Shown here piece by piece: positions 1-13,042 of a stretch of DNA of 64,000 bases. The notes beneath the pieces are model-generated. The model searched no databases, had not been told where the DNA came from, and saw nothing but the letters and a program-made list of their open reading frames with translations. Within the stretch, counting starts at the first letter, position 1. Each line of letters opens with the position of its first letter. This DNA is from Hormiphora californensis (lineage: Eukaryota; Animalia; Ctenophora). Where the stretch lies: assembly GCA_020137815.1 (NCBI GenBank), contig CM035355.1, positions 7,626,001-7,690,000 of the forward strand, in the 5' to 3' direction. The position numbers and the translations under genes are program-made.

Positions 1-269
1 TTCCAGGTGACAAGTTGTAAGTAGGGTCAATTAGAACCCAATTATGCGCAATTAGGACACTTTCCCGACCTCCGCAAGGATTTGAAACTAGCTTACGTGA
101 TTCAGAGTATCAAATTAGTCGGGTACAGTGGTTTTTGATTTGATATGAATAAGTTTCAGTTTTAACTGTCCAAGCTTGATCAGATATCAAGCTTGAACAG
201 TCTGCGTGACTTGATCAAAATCTTGTCCACGCATGGACATGATCACGCATGAACAGTCTGTGCGCGCCC
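1..269. mobile_element. Terminal part of a palindromic MITE, same family as 39685-40450
   Basis: Ends in ...GAACAGTCTGTGCGCGCCC; matches both arms of the 39685-40450 fold-back. Confidence 0.8.
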
Positions 270-845
270 GAACGGTTCAGGACGGCTATCAGCAAAAACG
301 TGTAGACTGATAGGACCTACAGCACCAATCTGGTACCTTCAGTGTTATAGGCTACAGTGTAGCAGCCGGTACCAAAGCGGTGCTTGGACCATTTGTCCCC
401 CCGGGATCCCGCGGGACCGTACAAAAAGTTCAAAGCCGGACTGAGTGGCTCAAGCGGTCTAAATGAACAAAACACAAACAGTGTTTGTCAACAACCACAC
501 ACAATCACTTATCACAATGTTTTTGGACACTTTGTTGTCGAAATATTAATTATTGGAAGGGCCTAACATTGCCAGTCAAAATGCTGGCTGCTGAGGTAAT
601 TTGGGTGACGTGTATCTCTAATCGGTAGTGTGTCTTCCAGACTCTATAATTGTCTGAAATGGAAGTCAACCCAGAAGAAGAGAAAGATCATATAGCATGT
701 GTTTACTGGGAAACTTCGAGATATACTCCCACACGCGACCAACATGTTGAGCTGAATTTAAAATGTACAATACAAGTGTCTGTTTCCTCTCTCATTCTCT
801 AATCTCTCATTCGCTACCTATCTCTACCTATTTCTCTCTCTTCTC
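1..845. repeat. Inverted segmental duplicate of ~39110-39954
   Basis: Near-identical reverse complement, including the unique flank; ORFs 763..993(+) and 38661..39188(-) share the N-terminus MYNTSVCFLSHSLISHSLPISTYFSL. Confidence 0.85.
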
Positions 846-849
846 TCCT

Positions 850-1200
850 GCATGTTCCTCGTCTGTCATGTCAGCTCTCACACCGGTCCTTCGGCTTTCG
901 CGAGCCCGAAGGGCGAGCGCTGAATGGGCCGAACGAACAGACCGCGTAGCATGGCAAGTTATGTCAGAGCATGAGCATTGGCATGACGCGTGAGAACTGT
1001 GGTCAGGAGCATTGACCGGTCGCTCTGACAGGCTCCAATCAAGCCCGTCTGGGGTGAAAACCCGTCAGACAGCGTTAGAACGGCATCTAGACGCCGTTTG
1101 CGGCAAATGAACATTTCCCAATGAATCAAAGTCCTACTCCTAGCATTTGCAGATGATTAGTCATGACTAGTCATGACTCATGACTCTAAGCTCTTGAAAG
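850..1200. mobile_element. Cassette of nested short non-autonomous elements; other copies at ~3770-4240, 8690-8850, 9920-10170 and 20880-21360
   Basis: Recurring motifs CACACCGGTCCTTCGGCT, GTGGTCAGAGCATTGGCCTGACA and GGCTCCAATCAAGCCCG. Confidence 0.6.
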
Positions 1201-1806
1201 CCATTTGCATCAGTCTTATGGCAAGTCAGAATGATGGCTATTGGCTATTTGTCGATTAAATAATTAATACACAGCTTTTTCCAAAACACAATAGTCGTGT
1301 ATTGTTTAATAGTTGCACATTCTAAGTAGTTTTGTTTGACAAAAAACTCTGAAATCAGAATTGAATTTCAGCTGGAGATAATATATTAGTTCATTGTTCA
1401 ACTTGGACCCCTGTGTTCGAACACCCTTCTGAGTGGGAGTTCAAGTCTTCGGCAAATAGGTTCCTAATAAAGTTGTGAAAAATAAACTGTCTCCATCCAA
1501 AGACATAACATAATTGCATGCACAGCTTTTACATAATTAACTCACTCTTACGTATTCATACTGTAGGATCTCTCATCAGAACTCCAAACTCTCTCAGAAC
1601 GCATCATGTCTTTAAACCGAGCTCGGGAAATATGGTAGGGAAGTGCAGAAGCTCTTCTGAAAAGTTTCATCTTCTTTTGAACCTTGTTGAGCACTGTCTG
1701 GTGCCGCGACCCCTTCTGAGAATGGGTATGGTGCCGCCATAGTACAGGTTGAGTAAGGGTCAACAACTTGTACCTTCTTCAACAACTAACAATCTGCAGA
1801 AAACTT

Positions 1807-2655
1807 TTATAGTGGTGCAGCAGGGGCCACATTGTTTACCTCTGCAGATACTACGTTGAGACCAATATTATTATTACTAGACTCCCGTCGACGACCACTG
1901 CAGCAGCAGCAAAGACTCATCAGCTGTTTTCGTAGGATGACCAGCGGGTTGAGTGCAGCGTTAACCACTATTAGAACCATCAAAATACCATTAGCCCCTC
2001 CTAAAACATCACCATTGTCATTATCACTGGAACTGATAAATTGATACAACCACAGTCCCCACAGCACCGCACCACTTATATTGGTGAGGAGGAATACAAC
2101 GCCCAGTAGAACAACTGTAACGGCAGCGTTCCTGCGTTGTTGATCTCTTTCTGCTGAGGCCGCTGATTTTTGGGTGAGTATGATGCCTGTCCAAACTGTT
2201 AGCACAACGTTAACCAGGATAACTCCAATTGCACAACCGAAATTCACCATGAAATAGATATTAATGTTATCAGTAATTATCATGAGAGGGAGTGCCCCTA
2301 ATGTTACTATAGTCATGAACAAAGTAGAAATTGTCCAGAATACCCTCTTGTTTATTTGGTAAAAGGGCCGGGACATGGCTAAAAGTCGAGCACCGCCAAT
2401 TATACAAGTCCAAATTCCAGAGGCCTGATTGGCGAGGACGTATAGCATTAACAGGAAAAAGTTTTGCATTCTACCCTGAACCACGTTCACAACTCCAATA
2501 ATGCAAACACTGAGATCAACAACGTTTAAAACTATGTAGAGTTGTCTTGGGAACCCCTTTCTTCTGAAGTTGTAGTACAGGGAGTAGACGTTGCTTAGGA
2601 CGCCAGCCGTTCCTATAGCGACCACGGGCCATTGTAGCAGTGGATATGCTGACAT
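1807..2655 (-). CDS. Single-exon orphan 7TM receptor (rhodopsin/class A-like), copy 1, intact, 282 aa
   Basis: Seven hydrophobic segments; TM2 LNVVD; GARLLAMSRPF at the DRY/IL2 position; NAALNPLV at the NPxxY position; CCCC tail. Confidence 0.85.
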   Translation of the reverse strand: MSAYPLLQWPVVAIGTAGVLSNVYSLYYNFRRKGFPRQLYIVLNVVDLSVCIIGVVNVVQGRMQNFFLLMLYVLANQASGIWTCIIGGARLLAMSRPFYQINKRVFWTISTLFMTIVTLGALPLMIITDNINIYFMVNFGCAIGVILVNVVLTVWTGIILTQKSAASAERDQQRRNAAVTVVLLGVVFLLTNISGAVLWGLWLYQFISSSDNDNGDVLGGANGILMVLIVVNAALNPLVILRKQLMSLCCCCSGRRRESSNNNIGLNVVSAEVNNVAPAAPL

Positions 2656-5490
2656 GTCTAGTTTGGTGTATATAGATAAGAAGTATGGCCTTGGGGGTCA
2701 AATGGGTTTTACAGAGTGGCGGTTTTTTGATGGACCACAAACAAATCCAAGACCAATTTGTTGAAAACTAATTATAATTTTATTAGTCTAACAGCACAAG
2801 AGAATATATTTAATCGAGTTAATAGTGTGGGCTCGTGGGGGGTCGTGATCATTGGCATGGGGTGGGTGATATTAGGCTGCCACAGCTCAGTTTTCGGGAT
2901 TGTGGGTTCGTCACCCAGGGACTATCAAAAATACTTTAGTTCACCGGGTTCCAACTAATTGTTCACTTCACAGTGTGAAGTTCACACAGATCAGATCAGA
3001 TCACACAACACACGCTCGGGTCAGATCAATTCTCAGTTCAGCTTACATTTCGGTCAGGACAGCTCAAGAAAGGGATTCAAAGGTTAAATCGGGGGTATTG
3101 GAAGTGTCAACAATATTCGGTCATTCCCTCTTTTCTCACACGTTCACAAGCACCGGCGAAAAACTATCACGTGACTATTTTATACCAGTAACAGCCTTGC
3201 TTCTTAACAACTACTAAAAGTTTCGTGCTGCCGATATGTGACAAGGACTGTCATCACTCAACAGCACAGCCTGAACAAAGTCTGACTGAATTTATCCCAC
3301 GGGTACGGTCCAGATCTCTCAGCACTTCTACCATCTGTGACAGCACTCAAACAATCATAGAAGTGTAAATGGGGCAGCGGTACAAGTAAAGGGTAACAGG
3401 GGTACCTCACATATCCCACAATAGGTTCAGCCAATCCGCCAGAACCGTCCGAAAAGTACCACTGGGTCATATATGACCCATGTCATAACACAAAAAGTAA
3501 AAACCCGATTTCAGTAAACCTTTTTCGTATAATCTTAGAATATTCTCCTTACCAATTCCACAAAAAATTAGAAAATTCTGTTCGGCCAATCGTTATGGTC
3601 CTCAAAGGGTTAACAGTTGTAGTTAAATTTTAGTTTCATAAGCGCAAAACGCACCAGAAAAGAAAAAACCAGAAAAGAAAAAACCAGATCCAACAGCGCA
3701 CCACCATCCAGTGGTCTCAGACCATTTGCATTCCGTCACTACAACTTACAAGAGAGCTCCCCACTTTGTCTGTCAGAGCAATGGCCTGATATGATATGAC
3801 TCTATTCTCATTTCTTTCAGAACTGCGAGATTTGCTAGAACTGCGAGAACTTTCATGTGGTGAGTGGTCAAAGCATTGGCCTGACAAGTTAGTGTTATGT
3901 TTTGACATGTTCCTCTCACACCGGTCCTTCGGCTTTAATTTCGCGAGCCCGAAGGGCGATCGCTGAATGGGCCGAACGAACAGATCGCGTAGCATGGCAA
4001 GTTGTGTCAGAGCATGAGCATTGGCATGACGCGTGAGAACTGTGGTCAGAGCATTGACCTATTGGCCTGACAGGCTCCAATCAAGCCCGCCTGGGGTAAA
4101 ACCCGTCTAGACAGCGTTAGAACGGCGTCTAGACGCCGTTTGCAGCAAATGAACATTTGCCCAATGAATCAAAGTCCTACTCCTAGCATTTGCAGATGAT
4201 TAGTCATGACTAGTCATGACTCATGACTCTAAGCTCTTGAAAGCCATTTGCATCAGTCTTATGGCAAGTCAGTCTTATGGCTATTGGCTATTTGTTGATT
4301 AAATAATTAATACACAGCTTTTTCAAAAACACAATAGTCGTATATTGTTTAATAGTTGTACATTCTAAGTAGTTTTGCTTGACAAAAAACTCTGAAATCA
4401 GAATTGAATTTCAGCTGGAGATAATATATTAGTTCATTGTTCAACTTGGACCCCTGTGTTCGAACACCCTTCTGAGTGGGAGTTCAAGTCTTCCGTGCAA
4501 CATAGGTTCCCTAATAAAGTTGTGAAAAATAGAACTGTCTCCATCCAAAGACATGACATAATTGCATACACAGCTTTTACATAATTAACTCACTCTTACG
4601 TATTCATACTCTAGGATCATCAGAACTCCATTAACTCTCTCAGAGCGCATGTCTTTAAACCGAGCTCGGGAAATATGGTAGGGAAGTGCAGAAGCTCTTC
4701 TGAAAAGTTTCATCTTCTCTTGTACCTTGTTGAGCACTGTCTGGTGCCGCGACGCGACCCTTTCTGAGAATGGGTATGGCCATAAAGGTTGAGTAAGGGT
4801 CAAAAACCTTCTTCAACAACTAACAATCTGCAGAAAACTTTTATAGTGGTGCAGCTGAGGCCACATTGTTTACCTGATCCGCAGATACTACGTTGAGACC
4901 AATATTATTATGACTAGACTCCCGTCGACGACCACTGCAGCAGCAGCAGCAAAGACTCATCAGCTGTTTTCGTAGGATGACCAGCGGGTTCAGTGCAGCG
5001 TTAACCACTATTAGAACCGTCAAAATGCTATGAGCCCCTCCTAAAACATTAATAACAGCATCATTACGCGGATAACTTGAACTGATAAATTGATACAACC
5101 ACAGTCCCCACAGCATCGCACCACTTATATTGGTGAGGAGGAACACAACACCCAGTAGAACAACTGTAACAGCAGCATTCATGCGCTGTTGATCTCTTTC
5201 TGCTGCGATCACGGCTGATTTTCGGGTGAGTAGGATGCCTGTCCAAACTGTTAACACAACGTTAACCAGGATAACTCCAATTGCACAACCGAAATTGCTA
5301 TAGATAAAAAGGCTATCAGTATACATCATGATTATCACGAGAGGGATTGTCCCTATAGTCAACAGCATAGTAGAAATTGTCCAGAATACCCTCTTGTTTA
5401 TTTGGTAAAAGGGCTGAGACATGGCTAAAAGTCGAGCACCGCCAATTATACAAGTCCAAATTCCAGAGGCCTGATTTGCGAGGATGTATA

Positions 5491-6558
<1,068 letters not shown>

Positions 6559-6920
6559 ATAGCATAAACAGGAAAAAGAGTACTTGCCCGTAATTTTTCT
6601 TTATATCCTGAATCATGAACACAACTCCAATAATGCAAACACTGAGGTCAATAAGGTTTAAAACTATGTAGAGTTGTCTTGGGAATCCTTTTCTTCTGAA
6701 GTTGTAGTACAGGGAGTAGGCGTTGCTTAGGACGCCAGCCGTTCCTATAGCGACCACGGGCCATTGTAGCAGTGGATATGCTGACATGTCTAGTTTGGTG
6801 TTATAGATAAGAAGTAGGGTCTTGGGGTCAAATGGTTTTTGCAGAGTGGCGGTTTTTTGATGGACCACAAACAAATCCAAGACCAATTTGTTAAAAACTA
6901 ATTATAATTTTATTAGTCTA

Positions 6921-7714
6921 TTGTTCTACTGGGCATTTTATAGCATTTTTTCGAGTGAAGCACGAGTGGAAATGATATTTACAGACATTTTCTACCATCT
7001 AATGTGGACGTTTTTCCATCTATATCAGTCTGTTATCTCATCTGGACAGTTATGTGAGCCGAGAGTGTTTAAATCAGTTTAATTCAGTGTTTTGGGTCTA
7101 CCATTTTTTGATATACGTCTTTAAGTAACCGCTCAGATCGCCTCTCAGTGTCAGTGTCAGTTCTACTACACTGGCCCTGTGAGGTAAGGGCGGCATATAA
7201 ATAGACATATTATTATTACTAGTAGGCCCGTTCGCCCTACGGGCGAATTTCGGGGAAATGATAGCTGGATTAGGGAACGCTGACATCACCTGCACCATCC
7301 GTTCCTAGCCTATTTCTCACTTTCTCCCTACCCATGTTGTTGTACGCTCTGGGCTTCCTGACAATGTCAAGGTGCGAATTTAAGAGATCAATGTCATGGA
7401 GGTGCAGTGCTGTTCCAGAAACTCATCACGTGAAAACTTGGCCGCTATGTAGCCGATTCGGAGATTTCTATATTCTGTGACGCTCTCTGACAGCAGCAGA
7501 TCTTCCGGACCCAGATGACCGTTGCCGAATAGCGCTTGGGGTTGAAGAGTTAGACATCAGGACAAAAGTAAAAGAATGCACGTGCAGAATTGAATTTCCC
7601 TTAGTACCCAAAACTGCAACTGGGAGTGAAGTTTCTAAGTTGCTCTAATAATTGCACGTGCAGGTGTAGTTGCTAGGTGATGTAGCACTGACGATTTGAA
7701 TAGTAAGTAGTATG
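6921..7714. mobile_element. 794-bp insertion with a 9-bp direct flank repeat; contains a possible Helitron-type 3' end on the minus strand near 7219
   Basis: ATTAGTCTA at 6912-6920 and 7715-7723; absent from the paralogous site at ~2785; minus strand has a GC-rich hairpin followed by CTAG|T; no TIR seen. Confidence 0.6.
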
Positions 7715-8850
7715 ATTAGTCTAACAGCACAAGAGAATATATTTAATCGAGTTAATAGTGTGGGCTCGTGGGGGGTCGTGATCATTGGCATGGGGTGGGT
7801 GACATTAGGCTGCCACAGCTCAGTTTTCGGGATTGTGGGTTCGTCACCCAGGGAATATCAAAAATACTTTAGTTCACCGGGTTCCAACTATTCTAATTGT
7901 TCACTTCACACAGATCAGATCACACAATACACGCTCGGGTCAGATCACTTCTCAGTTCAGCTTACATCTCGGTCAGGACAGCTCAAGAATGGGATACAAA
8001 GGTTAAATCGGGGGTATTGGAAGTGTCAACAATATTCTGTCATTCCCTCTTTTCTCACACGTTCACAAGCACCGGCGAAAAACTATCACGTGACTATTTT
8101 ATACCAGTAACAGCCTTGCTTCTTAACAACTACTAAAAGTTTCGTGCTGCCGATATGTGACAAGGACTGTCATCACTCAACAGCAAAGCCTGAACAAAGT
8201 CTGACTGAATTTATCCCACGGGTACGGTCCAGATCTCTCAGCACTTCTACCATCTGTGACAGCACTCAAACAATCATAGAAGTGTAAATGGGGCAGCGGT
8301 ACAAGTAAAGGGGTCCCTCACATATCCCACAATAGGTTCAGCCACTGCCAATCCGACAGAACCGTCCGAAAAGTACCACTGGGTCATATATGACCCATTT
8401 CATAACACAAAAAGTAAAAACCCGATTTCAGTAAACCTTTTTCGTATAATCTTAGAATATTCTCCTTACCAATTCCACAAAAAATTAGAAAATTCTGTTC
8501 GGCCAATCGTTATGGTCCTCAAAGGGTTAACAGTTGTAGTTAAATTTTAGTTTCATAAGCGCAAAACGCACCAGAAAAGAAAAACCAGAAAAGAAAAAAC
8601 CAGATCCAACAGCGCACCACATCCAGTGGTCTCAGACCATTTGCATTCCGTCACTACAGCTTACAAGAGAGCTCCCCACTTTGTCTGTCAGAGCAATGGC
8701 CTGATATGATATGACTCTATTCTCATTTCTTTCAGAACTGCGAGATTTGCTAGAACTGCGAGAACTTTCATGTGGTGAGTGGTCAGAGCATTGGCCTGAC
8801 AAGTTAGTGTTATGTTTTGACATGTTCCTCTCACACCGGTCCTTCGGCTT

Positions 8851-9327
8851 GTATACTGATAGCCTTTTTATCTATAGGCAATTTCGGTTGTGTAATTGGA
8901 GTTATCCTGTTAACGTTGTGTTAACAGTTTGGACAGGCATCCTACTCACCCGAAAATCAGCCGTGTCGCAGCAGAAAGAATCAACAACGCAGGAACGCTG
9001 CCGTTACAGTTTTTTCTACTGGGGTTGTATTTCCTCCTCACCAACATCAGTGGTGCGGTGTGTGGGGACTGATTTGTATGTATAATTTATCAGTTCAAGT
9101 TCATGGTAATGATGCGATATTAATGTTTTAGGAGGGGCTCATAATCATTTTGATGGTTTAATAGTGGTTAACGCTGCCACTCAACCCGCTGGTCATTCTA
9201 CGAAGACAGCTGATGAGTCTTTGCTGCTGCTGCGTGGTCGTCGACGGGAGTCTAGTCATAATAATATTGGTCTCAACGTAGTATCTGCGGATCAGGTAAA
9301 CAATGTGGCCCCTGCTGCACCACTATA
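8851..9327 (+). pseudogene. Orphan 7TM receptor copy 3, 3' half only, inverted, with indels
   Basis: VNVVLTVWTGILLTRKSA through GCACCACTATAA; 5' end fused to the short-element cassette at 8850. Confidence 0.8.
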
Positions 9328-10170
9328 AAAGTTTTTCTGCAGATTGTTAGTTGTTGAAGAAGGTACAAGTATTGTTGACCCTTACTCAACCTGTATGCCA
9401 TACCCATTCTCAGAAGGGGTCGCGGCGCGGCACCAACAATTGCTAACAATGTACAAGAGAAAGATGAAACTTTTCAGAAGAGCTTCTGCACTTCCCTACC
9501 ATATTTCCCGAGCTTGGTTTAAAGACATGCGTTCTGAGAGAGTTCCTATAGTTCTGAGAGATTTCCTAGAGTATGAATACGTAAGAGTGAGTTAATTATG
9601 TAAAAGCTGTGTATGCAATTATGTCATGTCTTTGGATGGAGACAGTTCTATTTTTCACAACTTTATTAGGGAACCTATGCTGCAAGACTTGAACTCCCAC
9701 TCAGAAGGGTGTTCGAACACAGGGGTCCCCAGTTGAACATATGAACTAATTTTATTATCTCTCCTGAAATTCAATTCTGATTTCAGAGTTTTTTTGTCAA
9801 GCAAAACTACTTAGAATGTGCAACTATTGTGTTTTTGGAAACAGCTGTGTATTAATTATTTAATCAACAAATAGCCAATAGCCATCATTCTGACTTGCCA
9901 TAAGACTGATGCAAATGGCTCTCAAGAGCTTAGAGTCATGAGTCATGACTAGGCATGACTAATCATCTGCAAATGCTAGGAGTAGGACTTTGATTCATTG
10001 GGCAAATGTTAAATTAAAGCCGAAGGACCGGTGTGAGAGGAACATGTCAAAACATAACACTAACTTGTCAGGCCAATGCTCTGACCACTCACCACATGAA
10101 AGTTCTCGCAGTTCTAGCAAATCTCGCAGTTCTGAAAGAAATGAGAATAGAGTCATATCATATCAGGCCA

Positions 10171-10270
10171 NNNNNNNNNNNNNNNNNNNNNNNNNNNNNN
10201 NNNNNNNNNNNNNNNNNNNNNNNNNNNNNNNNNNNNNNNNNNNNNNNNNNNNNNNNNNNNNNNNNNNNNN
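10171..10270. other. Assembly gap (100 N)
   Basis: Run of N. Confidence 1.
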
Positions 10271-11541
10271 ACGAGAGCTAACTTGCGGTACTGTCCCCTG
10301 TGGTGGGGCGGTGGTGTTATACTCAGAGGCATGCCAAACTGCCGGTTGCCGTGACAACATCCCAGCGAACATTTGCGAGGACCAATCTGGAGTGTGTGAC
10401 GGGGTGTGTGATACCCTCAACTGCCAGGATGAACACTCCTGTAACGGGTTCCAATACGGAATAATGTGCGGTATTTATGCCCAAAAGACGTGGTACATAT
10501 CCCCGGGAGACGTTTGCACGACCGGAGCTAGTGGTTCCTGTGGAGACCTAGGGTCTCATTCTTCTATCGGGCTAACATCATGTGATCTGAGAGCTAACCC
10601 TGATAAGCAGTCCTGTGAGAGCCCAGATAAGCTTGGGATATATCATACGAACAAAGGTAAACTGAAACCTATCTTCCCCTTTCTGAGGTGTTCAACAATA
10701 AAATACTACAAGACGACCATCGATTGTACAGTAGGTCTAACTTCCCAAGACGGACCCTTTTAAGAAGGAAACATACACGTATACCCCAGTATGTAAGGAC
10801 TTCATGGATCAGACGAACTGCTCGACCCGGACAGGGTTGCCCTGTCATGTCCCATAGGAGGGTACATGTCCACCGTTGCCAAGGTAATGGTATGTAACGA
10901 GCTACGGGAGGGTATCTGTGATGACAACCTGGATATCCTCTGTGTGGATGTGACCTCTACCTGCACCATCCACAAGCACCAGGTTTGTGATGGTAAACCT
11001 GACTGCCTGTCGGAAACAGATGAGATTTGCCGTTCGATGACCAGCATAAGCATCTGTAAAAGAAGAATTAACCCGGTTGAATATTCAAAGATTCCGATTA
11101 GCTGGATTAGCGATGGCGTTACCGACTGTGTAGGCGGAGAGGATGAAGACCCAGGGTTATGGACGACATGTGGAAATGGCACCACGAGGAGGTTTGTGGA
11201 CAGCAGTTTGGTTTCCTGTGAGGATGTTGTGGTATGCAGAACTTATGGATGGACAGATAGATTGGAGTTATACCAACTGGGTTTCTCTGTGATGGGATTG
11301 ATACTGTGGCAATGAAAATAACATGTGTGTTAGACATCGGAAAGATGTGTTTAACACCGCCTTATCCGTCAATAAGGGCTGGTATAAGTTTCTTCTTCAC
11401 TGTCTTCCTGGTCTGAGTAGCATTGAGGTTCTATCTGGCTCAAAATGTACGAGTACACCTTTCAACAACACCGCAATATTTGGCACAAAAGAAGTAGAAT
11501 TGAAGCTCCCGTCTAATCCAGTCTCCTGCAAATACGTGTCA

Positions 11542-13037
11542 ATCAATCAAAACTGCCGCTGGCAGTGGCATTGCGCCGAAATAAATATATAATAGGAAGC
11601 AAACCAGCCACACAGACCAAACTGAGTGAGGATTCAGGGTGGCGTAACAGGGTCGTTAGCACGAAGACGGTTAGGTCTTATGTGTGCTTTGAACCTGTTA
11701 CCCTACCCTGGTCCGCACTATGTCTTTACAAAACTGAAAACCATAACAAAATTATAAAACATAAAATAAATCCGTATCTCAAAAAGTTAACTCATTAATC
11801 TCTATCTCTAATCTCTCGCAGCACTTCTCACGTTCTCTCACTTCTACAAAGAGCCTTTCTAATCCTCCACACTTTATCAGGTTCATTTTCTCTTCTCTCT
11901 CTCAGTTTAGTAACTAACTCTTTTCTCTCTGCTCTCTCTTCAACTGATCTGTCCGGTGCAACAAACACTGACTGATACTGGTCTGAGTCCTTCAGCGTCG
12001 CTGATTTCCCCAAAATAGTTCTGGCAACCTCTCTGTTCTCAGCACCACCCGCCACTGGCCGCACTCCCTCACCACCTCTCTACCAAGTCGTGCACTCTGA
12101 TAACACTGGTGCCTCAGACAAATGTTCAAATAGATCCTTGACTAAAGTACTGTCGCTTAGCTGGTCACTCTCTGGTAGACCGTACACCATCAGGTTGTTA
12201 CTACGATCAACTGAAGCGCTGGCAATCGCTGTTCGTAGTTTGCTGGGGCAGGCAGATGCACCTGTCTGGTTCACAGCAGTAGCAGCTGTCTGGAGAACAG
12301 CTGAGTAGTTCTGAATCTCGTCCTAACAACTGTCTGTACAGCAGTACAACTCTTCTCTAGCATGGTATCTTTCATGGATATGATCGAGTCTTTCAGGGCA
12401 CTGATCTCTGATTGCAGTTCAATGATCTTAGAGTCACGTTCCAATAACAGATCTGTAGCACTGTCAAGACGGTCTGGGTGTGGTCCAGATGCCCATAAGC
12501 TTCTCTACCTTCTCTTTTGATTCATCGCTACACCACAGAACTGTTCTTAACCGATCGCATGTCATCTGACAAGTTCTTCTAGTAACCGACTGAGAGGGAG
12601 AGCACGATACCAGAGTAAGCCCGCCATATCAGAAATAAAACTAACTTTCTTGTTGGGATCTAGAGTTGAGAGATAGGTGGTGGTCAGCTTGTTCAGGTCA
12701 AACGTGCCACCTTCCTTGTTAGGGTCAGGGTACCCACCGACTCGTCTCAAGGTAGAAACGATAGACATCTCCAGCCGGCTGTAATCAGCAGTCGTAGCTC
12801 TGTTGCCCGGGCCGCCATTCCGCCAGATAGTGAAGGCACGATCCAACTTGGAGGCCATGCTCGTACGCGTGTACAACGGTGCAAGATCAAAAAACTATCA
12901 GAAGCGAGGTTTTTCAAACGAAACTGATAAGTGATATGTGAGAAGTGAATAAGTGATATGTGAGAAGTGAAAGTGATATGTGAGAAGTGAAAGTGATATG
13001 TGAGAAGTGAAGTGATATGTGAGAAGTGAAGTGATAT
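11542..13037 (-). mobile_element. ORF1-only non-LTR retroposon (HAL1-like, CR1/L2-type ends)
   Basis: Splits the host motif SCKYVS|(G)EVYVYLACS; frameshifted ORF1 ~12858-11800 (coiled coil, NNLMVYGLPE, VFVAPDRSVEERAERKELV); 3' hairpin 11552-11566 and (TTGA)n tail; ~20-bp tandem repeats at the 5' end; no RT. Confidence 0.75.
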
Positions 13038-13042
13038 GTGAG
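12929..13042. repeat. About 5.5 copies of AAGTGATATGTGAGAAGTGA at the retroposon 5' end
   Basis: Seen directly. Confidence 0.9.
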
